DNA of 64,000 bases from a virus (Duplodnaviria > Caudoviricetes): the IMG/VR virus record IMGVR_UViG_3300034155_000027, positions 32,001-96,000 of that record; one strand, 5' to 3'. Position 1 is the first letter of the stretch; each line of letters opens with the position of its first letter. Shown here in pieces: positions 56,462 to 64,000 of this stretch. The notes below the pieces were generated by a model. That model had not been told where the DNA came from. It was given only the letters and a program-made list of their open reading frames with translations, and did not search any database. The position numbers and the translations under genes were made by a program.

Positions 56462-58198
56462 TTATAAACCTTTAGGAAATTGTTCATTAGCCATATTTAT
56501 TGCAGAATTTGAAAAACTAATTACATCATCAATATTACTGAAATTATTTGCATTTAACCATGTATCAAATAAAGATTTTGGTTTCCCAACCATTCCTTTA
56601 ATTCCAATTCCATTTAATGATTTTATTAATTTATCAATATTATTTTTATTTTCACGAGACGAATTTACTTTATCACCATCTCTTAAATCTTGATAGTTTT
56701 TTATAGTATCTTCCCAAGATTTAGAGGCTTGTTTTAGTGCTTTTAATATTGATTCAGTATTAACCATTGGAACTTTAACTTTATCAGCTATTATTTGTTG
56801 TACTTGATTCAATGTTGAATAAAATTCATTTTGCCAATTTTTTAATTCAGAATATGTTTCAGGAGCACCAAGCCCAATTCCTATTGATAATAATGATTTG
56901 TTTTGCAATGTTATTGTATCATATGTATTTTTTATTTTTTGTATTACCCCAAACATAATATCTTTATTGATTTTTCCATTGTCATCTACTGCATCATCTG
57001 GAATTTTAATAACAAATTTACTAATACCTGATATTGTAATTAAACCTGTAGTTATTAAATTATTAATAGCTACCATACCACCAATTACACTTTGCATTAT
57101 ATACCAAAAAGCGGTTCTATATTTTTGTGCAAGCAAAATATCATATGATTGACCACTCTTAGGTGGCCATGTAAAACTAACATCACCATTATTTGATACA
57201 TTTGCAATTAAAAATGAATTAGGATTTATTATAATTTTTTGATTTGTTCTTACACTTTGAACTTCATTTGTTTTATCTACACCATTAACCAAAACTTTAT
57301 AAACACCAGTTACTTGGTTTTTATCTACTCCAAGCAAATCTGATAATTTGTAAATATTTGGTAAATTAGCAAATTTTCCATTTGTAATATATTGATGAAA
57401 AGACTGTCCTGTTTGATCATTAATATCTATTCCCAAACTTGTAATTTGCTCAAATAAATTAAGCGCTTTACTAGGATCTGCTCCACCAAGTGATATCCAT
57501 AACTCAACCCATTTCTTACTTTGTGGACCAACTAATTTTGCAAATGAAATTTGGGCTTTGTCAGCCACTGTGGATAAATCAGGAAATTTTGCTAAGTGTT
57601 CTTTTACAGGTTGGAAATCAATAATAAGATCGTTTTTTATCTGAGCAGGATAAGTATTTTCAGTTTCTTCATCGGAAATTTGACCCATTTTTATCCAGGA
57701 AGCAAATTCCGATATTGATGCTTCCTTAGGTAATTTTCCCGTTGGTTGTTTCCTTACTACTGCTAAAATTTTATCAGCCGCATCTTGTATAGTTTCAATT
57801 TCCCCCAAGTCTCCCATTCCATCAACCGGATTTTGTTCTAATCCTTTATGTGCAAAATCAAAAAAATCTTTATTTGTTTCCACTGTTACATTGTATAATT
57901 CACACTCTGCTGTTTTATACATCATAAGGTTTTTTTCAAGATCATCTGCTAATGTAACAAATCCTTTTCTTCGTATAGCATATGCTAATTTTGATACGTC
58001 TTGCACAAAATCATTTGTTGATACTGTATCAATTTCATCATTTATTGTTTTGTTTTGAGAAATTTGTTGTGCAGCAAGTTTAATTGTTTCTGATTCAGTT
58101 GGTTTAAAGAACCCTTTCTTTACAGCTCTTCGCTCCAGCTCACGATAAACTTCAGATGCATATAAATTATTTGTTGGTTTTGTAATTGGAGTTGTCAT
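56462..58198 (-). CDS. Putative internal head protein
   Basis: N-terminus paralogous to 52519-53739 (SEVYRELERRAVKKG; KLAYAIRRKGFVTLADDLE; DFAH). Confidence 0.5.
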   Translation of the reverse strand: MTTPITKPTNNLYASEVYRELERRAVKKGFFKPTESETIKLAAQQISQNKTINDEIDTVSTNDFVQDVSKLAYAIRRKGFVTLADDLEKNLMMYKTAECELYNVTVETNKDFFDFAHKGLEQNPVDGMGDLGEIETIQDAADKILAVVRKQPTGKLPKEASISEFASWIKMGQISDEETENTYPAQIKNDLIIDFQPVKEHLAKFPDLSTVADKAQISFAKLVGPQSKKWVELWISLGGADPSKALNLFEQITSLGIDINDQTGQSFHQYITNGKFANLPNIYKLSDLLGVDKNQVTGVYKVLVNGVDKTNEVQSVRTNQKIIINPNSFLIANVSNNGDVSFTWPPKSGQSYDILLAQKYRTAFWYIMQSVIGGMVAINNLITTGLITISGISKFVIKIPDDAVDDNGKINKDIMFGVIQKIKNTYDTITLQNKSLLSIGIGLGAPETYSELKNWQNEFYSTLNQVQQIIADKVKVPMVNTESILKALKQASKSWEDTIKNYQDLRDGDKVNSSRENKNNIDKLIKSLNGIGIKGMVGKPKSLFDTWLNANNFSNIDDVISFSNSAINMANEQFPKGL

Positions 58199-58201
58199 AA
58201 T

Positions 58202-58525
58202 TTATTCCTCAAAATCTATCAAAGAAAGTCCTTTCACAAAATTAGGATCTGTTTTAGCTTTCAGTTCAGGTTGTTGCTCCAATAATTCAGCTACTTTTTT
58301 TAATTTAGCTTTTAATATAGGATCGTTAGCTACCTTTAAACGAAATTGCTCAACAGATTCCATAATGTTATTTTCTTTATCAATTATAGATTCCGCTGCT
58401 CTTTTTTCGCGCAACATATCTCGTTCAATCTCTGCACGAGAATAATTTCTCCAAACTTCAGAGTTGTTAAACGCCCTTTCAGTCTGTTGATCTTTAAAAA
58501 AATCCTTCCAAACTTCGTCAACCAT
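58202..58525 (-). CDS. Hypothetical head-region protein
   Basis: SEVWRNY motif similar to neighbours. Confidence 0.6.
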   Translation of the reverse strand: MVDEVWKDFFKDQQTERAFNNSEVWRNYSRAEIERDMLREKRAAESIIDKENNIMESVEQFRLKVANDPILKAKLKKVAELLEQQPELKAKTDPNFVKGLSLIDFEE

Positions 58526-58648
58526 TGGAATTTCCCTTAAATTTAGTTATTAACAAAAACCTATTATTATACTGTCTTATGCAGTTAATTAAATTAACTT
58601 CTTTGGTAAAAACATTACCAAAAATTTGCTAAACCCCTAACGCGCTTT

Positions 58649-59338
58649 TTATAGCCATAAAAACTCTAAACTACTAAAAGCAGAACTTGGTGGACCAGTT
58701 ACCATTGCTACAGCTGGATATTCTTCATTCGGTTGTGATGTTGTTAATTTACCATTTTCAGATACAAATAAAATTCCGTTTATTGGATATCTTTGATTAG
58801 ATTCATACATGTCTGTTTGAAATATACCCTTTTGAAACCATAAAGTAAGTTTACCAGATCCTGCAGTAGAATCATCTCCAGATACATTTGGAATTTGATA
58901 TGTATAACTTACTACAGTTCTAATAGAATCAAATATACCATCTCCATCTAAATCAAAATTTAAAGGAGTCCCAGCAGGAAATATTACAACTCCATTCCTA
59001 GGCACTAATACAACATCTACCGGCGCTGTAATAAAACTAGACGGTATAATATTAGGATTTTTTAATTCTTGTCTTATATCTATTGGAGTAACTAATCTTC
59101 CATTTTGTTCAACTGCTGGAGATGCTGCAATTACTATTTCATCAATTGATGGTGCTGTAAATGCTCTTGTTTTATAATCATCAATAATTCCAAAAGGGGC
59201 TTTACCATCACTTACACCTGCTACTAAATTATTTCCACGTAAATATAATTGGCCTATAATTCCAGGTTCAAATTCTGCAGTAGGATCTACTGGATATGAT
59301 ATTGGTAATGAATTACCTACTTGTACTAATTTTAACAT
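58649..59338 (-). CDS. Second decoration/cement-like protein
   Basis: PFGIIDD..GSGKLTLW..LFVSENGKLTT resembles 51441-52103. Confidence 0.6.
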   Translation of the reverse strand: MLKLVQVGNSLPISYPVDPTAEFEPGIIGQLYLRGNNLVAGVSDGKAPFGIIDDYKTRAFTAPSIDEIVIAASPAVEQNGRLVTPIDIRQELKNPNIIPSSFITAPVDVVLVPRNGVVIFPAGTPLNFDLDGDGIFDSIRTVVSYTYQIPNVSGDDSTAGSGKLTLWFQKGIFQTDMYESNQRYPINGILFVSENGKLTTSQPNEEYPAVAMVTGPPSSAFSSLEFLWL

Positions 59339-59371
59339 TTATGTCCTCTTTAATGTATATATCACACATAC

Positions 59372-59406
59372 AAAAAAGCCCTGATAGTTAAACCAAGGCT
59401 TTTTTT
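59372..59406 (-). terminator. Probable terminator
   Basis: aaaaaagcc..ggctttttt. Confidence 0.55.
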
Positions 59407-59421
59407 ATTATTTAAAATATT

Positions 59422-59898
59422 TTACAAAGTATTTAAATAAGTGCGTAATCCATCTTGATAATCACTTGACACATCAGAAATTAATGCATCAACAATAGCT
59501 GGCCAACTTTCTGCACCTGCCCAGCTTTCTCCTTTCCCACCACTTTTAACATATTTAGCAAAATTCTTTACATCAGCAGGAACCTGTGGATTTGTTTGAT
59601 ATGCATCACTTTGAATGTATCTATTAAAATCAGGACATATTTGTTGAAGTGCATTACCAATATTATGTTCTCCAGCTCCAACCGGATTTATATTTTTAGG
59701 ATCTGCAAATTGAGCAACTTTAATAACGGAATTATATGCTGCCGCCGCTGCTGTTTTTGCAATGTCTTTAATAGAAGGAGGTGCACTTCTATATTTTGTA
59801 CCGGCTACTTTTGTAACCTTAGCACTCATAATAGCTTTATAAGTTGAAACCGCTGCAATTTTTGCAGCTTCTTTTGCAATTTGTTGTCTTGTTGCCAT
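59422..59898 (-). CDS. Ala/Lys-rich putative internal head protein
   Basis: Duplicated IAK(E/T)AA..AA..Y..K(V)A unit. Confidence 0.6.
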   Translation of the reverse strand: MATRQQIAKEAAKIAAVSTYKAIMSAKVTKVAGTKYRSAPPSIKDIAKTAAAAAYNSVIKVAQFADPKNINPVGAGEHNIGNALQQICPDFNRYIQSDAYQTNPQVPADVKNFAKYVKSGGKGESWAGAESWPAIVDALISDVSSDYQDGLRTYLNTL

Positions 59899-59910
59899 TT
59901 TTAAATTCTC

Positions 59911-60138
59911 CTAATTTATCTTTCCGCCTGCTACGGAAATCATTACTCTTGTCACGTCTTTTGCCCTAGCAATTAAACCAGCTTTTTCAAATTTCTTTGC
60001 AGCTTCATTTAATTCTTCCATTGCCGCTAAAATAAGCTTTTCTTGCTGAGTGCTTTCTTGTATTTCTGCTGTATCAGTTGCTTTTTGCATTCCTTCAAAC
60101 AAATCTTTTTCGCATGAACCCTGTTTAAATAAACTCAT
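59911..60138 (-). CDS. Small head-region protein
   Basis: LNEAAKKFEKAGL..A motif. Confidence 0.6.
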   Translation of the reverse strand: MSLFKQGSCEKDLFEGMQKATDTAEIQESTQQEKLILAAMEELNEAAKKFEKAGLIARAKDVTRVMISVAGGKIN

Positions 60139-60644
60139 AAATTCTCCAAAATTTCGTTAGCCATATTTGATAAATCTAATGAATTTATAGATTTTTGAAG
60201 GATTTCTTCTCTTTCTCTAAAAGATCCAATTGAAAGAAGTTCTGGTCCAATTCCTATTCCAATATTTCTTTTAATAGAGCTTTCTAATATTTTTGGATCT
60301 AAACTGGCTTGTAAAAGAACAGAACCATCACCCTCTCCATAAATAGCACTCGAATATTGATAATTAATATCTATAGAGCCCGTATTTTTATCTACAATTG
60401 GTTTACTTAACGAAATATCAATTAATTCATCACCAGACGTAGCTCTTTTAATAATATTATTTACTTTACATGCTTCAGCTACTAAATCTATTTCACAAAA
60501 ATCAGATAATAAACTTGCGTTTTCTAAAAGATTTTTAGCTTTTTTTAGATGCAATACAGCTTCGTTTGTTACCAAAGAAGGTTTTAATTTATTTCCAAGT
60601 AGAAAAGCCATATTGTTTTCTAGTTGTGTTGCGAATTTATCCAT
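60135..60644 (-). CDS. Head-region protein
   Basis: LKKAKNLLENASL..IIKRA; ATGA coupling to the next gene. Confidence 0.6.
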   Translation of the reverse strand: MDKFATQLENNMAFLLGNKLKPSLVTNEAVLHLKKAKNLLENASLLSDFCEIDLVAEACKVNNIIKRATSGDELIDISLSKPIVDKNTGSIDINYQYSSAIYGEGDGSVLLQASLDPKILESSIKRNIGIGIGPELLSIGSFREREEILQKSINSLDLSNMANEILENL

Positions 60645-60825
60645 AAAACACCCTACTTGAATGATCTTTTTCTCGGCGAATAACTTCTGAGCTAATTTCT
60701 TGAAGAGCTACAAGATATTTAAAATCTGTTTTATTATTCTTGTATTTTTCAATTAATAAATCAATTAATTTATCCAATTGATCTTCAGATAATTGCTCTA
60801 ATTGTGTTGCTGATATTTTTCTCAT
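60637..60825 (-). CDS. Small helical protein (62 aa)
   Basis: Paralogous to the unannotated frame at 60822-61109. Confidence 0.6.
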   Translation of the reverse strand: MRKISATQLEQLSEDQLDKLIDLLIEKYKNNKTDFKYLVALQEISSEVIRREKDHSSRVFYG

Positions 60826-61109
60826 TTTAATTTAAACTCTCGTCTTCTAATTTCTAGAATAATATCATGTAAAGATTCGGCATACATTGGATTTGCTTTA
60901 TCGTCTTTATATCTTTCAACCAATAAATCAATAAATTTATGCAAATTATCCATCGATAATTCTTCTAATGGTATTGGATTGTTATACTCATCGAAAAAAG
61001 GATCTGGTTCAATATCTGGTGATATTTCTTCTGCTTGTTCATTATTAAAAATATCACCAGACTCTACGTCTTCACCAAATATATCAAATGGGTCATTTAC
61101 ACTAAAAAA
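60822..61109 (-). CDS. Unannotated extension (about 94 codons) of the 61097-62269 protein in the -1 frame
   Basis: FSVNDPFDIFGEDVE..LEELSMDNLHKFIDLLVERYK..EIRRREFKLK*; entered at T TTT TTA; its stop overlaps the next ATG. Confidence 0.65.
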   Translation of the reverse strand, partial: FFSVNDPFDIFGEDVESGDIFNNEQAEEISPDIEPDPFFDEYNNPIPLEELSMDNLHKFIDLLVERYKDDKANPMYAESLHDIILEIRRREFKLK

Positions 61110-62269
61110 CTTGCTTTTTTAGTTTTTTTATCTTCTCCAACTTCAATACTTGGATATTCTTTTTTAACAGCCTTTGTTACTGCGCTTTGAAGTTCTTTCA
61201 AACTACCAGAATACCACGGAGGTGCTTTATCGTATTTCTTAACCTGCGCTAATGTTTTCTTAGCCTTTTCAATTGTATCAATCGGAAAATGATCCTTATC
61301 ATCATTTACTTTCGGGTTTTTATTATCAAAAATTGCTTTTGATTTATTGCTAACTTTGGCTTTAGTATTTTTTTCAGCCGCTAAGATAATGCTTAGTTTT
61401 TGTGATAGTTTTTGAAGAGAACTTACTTGTTTATTAGCCGCTTTATTTTTTACAGATGGTTTTTCATCATCAGAACGAATTAAAGATGTAAAAGTAAATT
61501 CTTTAGGATTTTCTTCACGTTCAAAATCCCTAGGGCTTAATTCTTCCAATTCTTCTTCTAAATGTTCAGAATCAATTTCTTCTAATTCATCCATTATATC
61601 GCGAAGATCTTCATCAAAATCATCTGCTGCCCCTGTATCAGGGGCACTAGCTTTTGGGTTTTGATTATTTCCCATTAAATTAGAAAAATCAAAAGGCCCA
61701 TTGGCTGGTTTGTTTGTTACTGTTAACGGAGGCATAACTACAGTATTATCATTTCCAGAAATGGTTTCTGCTGGCATTTCTACATCATCAGCTTCACATT
61801 CATCATCTGTTTTTGGTTTATCATCAGCTTCACCACAATCTTCACACTCTTCTTCTGCAGCTGCTTTTATTAAAGAATCTAAAGACATAATTGCTAATGC
61901 AGAAGCCTTGCTAAACCCATGACTATCTAATACTTCAGAAATCTTGGATAAACCCATTACACAAGCATAATAATTAGCTTTAGCTTTCTTGTCTTTTTCA
62001 GCTTTGGCTTTTGCTTTATTGGCTTTTAGTTTTGCTTTTTCTTTAGCCGCTTGTTCTTTTTCTTTGGTCTTTAAAAGAGCTTGTTTTTCTTTTTCGGCTT
62101 TAAGTTTAGCCTTTTCTTTTTCAGCCGCTTCTTTTGCTTTGGCTTTCTCTTTATCAGCTTGTGCTTTTTCTTTATCAGTTTTAGCTGCAGCTGTTTTGAA
62201 AAATACCGATTGGTATTTTGGATCAGACATAATATTGTTCATCGAACCTGCGATATCGTACTTAGACAT
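61097..62269 (-). CDS. Internal head protein: K/A/E-rich region, acidic region, C-terminal HFPI..W domain
   Basis: Low-complexity KEKAK tract, LSKISEVLDSHGF motif, DHFPIDT..AVKKEYPSIEV. Confidence 0.65.
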   Translation of the reverse strand: MSKYDIAGSMNNIMSDPKYQSVFFKTAAAKTDKEKAQADKEKAKAKEAAEKEKAKLKAEKEKQALLKTKEKEQAAKEKAKLKANKAKAKAEKDKKAKANYYACVMGLSKISEVLDSHGFSKASALAIMSLDSLIKAAAEEECEDCGEADDKPKTDDECEADDVEMPAETISGNDNTVVMPPLTVTNKPANGPFDFSNLMGNNQNPKASAPDTGAADDFDEDLRDIMDELEEIDSEHLEEELEELSPRDFEREENPKEFTFTSLIRSDDEKPSVKNKAANKQVSSLQKLSQKLSIILAAEKNTKAKVSNKSKAIFDNKNPKVNDDKDHFPIDTIEKAKKTLAQVKKYDKAPPWYSGSLKELQSAVTKAVKKEYPSIEVGEDKKTKKASFLV

Positions 62270-62315
62270 TTGTTTCCTCAAATTTATAGATTTTGTTAAA
62301 AGATTGTTGAGAGGA

Positions 62316-62353
62316 CAAATGTCCTACCAGGTCTAAAACCCAGTAGGACATTT
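62316..62353 (-). terminator. Stem-loop after scaffold gene
   Basis: aaatgtcctac..gtaggacattt. Confidence 0.55.
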
Positions 62354-62365
62354 ATCTACTTGTTG

Positions 62366-64000
62366 TTAGAGTTTTTTACCCTGGAAATAACTGTCAAAAC
62401 ATCCTTGTAAATCCATCTCAGTACTCTGAGTTGGAGGTGCCATAGGAAGATATACTTGTCCAGCATCCATTAATCCAACAACAGGAACAGATGCTTGCTT
62501 TTTCATTGCTTGTTTTGATAAAAGACTCTTGACGCTATTAAATCCAGCATCATTATATTTCAAAATCTCATCAACCTGATAATCAACCTGGCTTTGTGCA
62601 ATCATGCCACATGTTACCATTTGATTAGCCATTTCATATGCTCTCTTAACTTTACCCTTATACGCACTGTCTTCTTCAGCTTTCTTGGCCGAAGCGTGTT
62701 CTTGGGTTAGTTTATTAGCATAATCTTTGGCTTCTGAGTCTTTTGACGCACCCCAAAGAGCTTTCCAATATTTAACAGCTTCAGCATCAACACCATGAGA
62801 AACTAATTGATCAACATCTGCTCCAGCTAATTTACCTTCCGCAACCAAAGTCTGAATCTGTTCAGCTTGTTTACGAACTTTAGGAGGCATATTAGCTAAG
62901 TCTAACATGGCTTTTTCTAAATCTTTCTGCACATGGAACGCAGCACCAGGAACAGTTGGTTTAATATCTAAATTACCAGCATCAACAGCACTTGCACTTC
63001 CCTTAGGGTGCGCTTGCTGTGAAAGATCATTAAATCCAAGAAGTCCCTTTTGAGCTAGTTTAATTCTTGCTTCTGCACGATTTTGTTTAGAAGCCAAACT
63101 AATTGATCCGCCTTCTAATTCAACCGGGATAGGATCTCCACCCTTAGCAGGTGTATATTTTGCATCCATAGCGTCTCCTGTATCTTTTAGTAATTCTTCA
63201 AGATCTAATCCCATATCATCAACCTCTTCATTTGAAATTTCACCATCTTCATTTTCTTTATTAAAGTCTAATTCTTTACTAACCGTAATGGTTTTTTCAT
63301 CTTCGTTAACATTGATAATTTCTTTATCGGTCATAGGATTATATTCTTCTCCACTTTCTGTTTTAATATCCCAACCATCATCTAATGCTTCAGATGTAAG
63401 TTCAATTGGACCACCAATAGAATCTTCGGTAATAATACCAAGTTCTAATGCCGTTTGTAATGGAGAACTTCCAAATTCATCATTTCCAAGACCTAAACCT
63501 TCAACATCATAAGCAGGAGCAATTTCTTGCGCTCTCTTTTGAAGTTCGGCTGTTCCCTGTGCATATTTAACAACAGCTTCCATTAGTTTACTAGTATCAC
63601 CTAACATAGCTTTTGCGTCTTTAACAGCTTCAACAGTAAGATTGTTTAAATAATTACGTTGTTTACCATTCATAGAAGCATAACTTTCTTTGTAAACTTT
63701 ACGTGCCGTTTTAATTTCACGAATATGATTTGCAAGAGAAGTAATTGTTTCTGAAATTCCTTCCTGTAACATCCCGTTTACTCTCTTTCTCATAGACTGT
63801 AATTGAGAAGCTGTTTTAGGAGCAGCGGTTGGAGCGAATGCATCATCACCAGCTGTAGGAACTGCATCTAATCCTTCTGCATCTTCAGCAACAGGGCCAC
63901 TGACTGAATCTTTTAATTCAGTAAGTTTAGCACCCATTTCGTTCTCTAAATCTTGAAGATCTTCAACAATGGCTTCTGGATCCCCACCCTCATCTCCAAC
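62366..64000 (-). CDS. Prohead scaffold/core-like protein, 5' end outside window
   Basis: Frame stays open to base 64000 (VGDEGGDPEAIVEDLQDLENEMG..); alternating acidic and helical blocks, many KxA motifs. Confidence 0.6.
   Translation of the reverse strand, partial: VGDEGGDPEAIVEDLQDLENEMGAKLTELKDSVSGPVAEDAEGLDAVPTAGDDAFAPTAAPKTASQLQSMRKRVNGMLQEGISETITSLANHIREIKTARKVYKESYASMNGKQRNYLNNLTVEAVKDAKAMLGDTSKLMEAVVKYAQGTAELQKRAQEIAPAYDVEGLGLGNDEFGSSPLQTALELGIITEDSIGGPIELTSEALDDGWDIKTESGEEYNPMTDKEIINVNEDEKTITVSKELDFNKENEDGEISNEEVDDMGLDLEELLKDTGDAMDAKYTPAKGGDPIPVELEGGSISLASKQNRAEARIKLAQKGLLGFNDLSQQAHPKGSASAVDAGNLDIKPTVPGAAFHVQKDLEKAMLDLANMPPKVRKQAEQIQTLVAEGKLAGADVDQLVSHGVDAEAVKYWKALWGASKDSEAKDYANKLTQEHASAKKAEEDSAYKGKVKRAYEMANQMVTCGMIAQSQVDYQVDEILKYNDAGFNSVKSLLSKQAMKKQASVPVVGLMDAGQVYLPMAPPTQSTEMDLQGCFDSYFQGKKL

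Noticed and set aside
1-64000. Stop-codon reassignment as seen in some jumbo phages
   Set aside because: Genes are long and tightly packed in the standard code; TAA, TAG and TGA all end genes.
1-64000. tRNA or rRNA genes
   Set aside because: No cloverleaf or rRNA-like segment recognised in the short intergenic regions; tRNAscan-SE was not run.

Overview
AT-rich (roughly 28-30% GC by eye) segment of a large contractile-tailed (jumbo myovirus-like) phage genome holding the virion morphogenesis region, almost all on the minus strand. From right to left: scaffold/internal head proteins, decoration proteins, HK97-fold major capsid protein, LAGLIDADG and HNH endonucleases, an accessory block (glycosyltransferase-like, degenerate methyltransferase, IscS/NifS-like desulfurase, cold-shock protein, papain-like protease plus Cys-rich lipoprotein, zincin), fibre/neck genes with a GC-rich imported module (about 30.5-34.6 kb), then tail terminator, sheath, tube, chaperones, tape measure, baseplate proteins and a tyrosine phosphatase. 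There are three IS200/IS605 OMEGA loci: a TnpB cut by the window edge, a 5'-truncated TnpB with its RNA end, and an orphan HEARO/IscB-type RNA. Unexplained signals: (1) an orientation-independent 11-mer TTACCAAAGAA in at least 15 exact copies; (2) a D-G-Y tripeptide found almost only in predicted surface virion proteins; (3) a K-x-A motif plus a shared helical motif in internal head proteins; (4) two candidate programmed frameshifts; (5) a fibre gene flanked by 21-bp direct repeats; (6) a TGATATAT promoter-like motif. All product calls come from motif recognition and gene order only; no searches were run and all counts are by hand.
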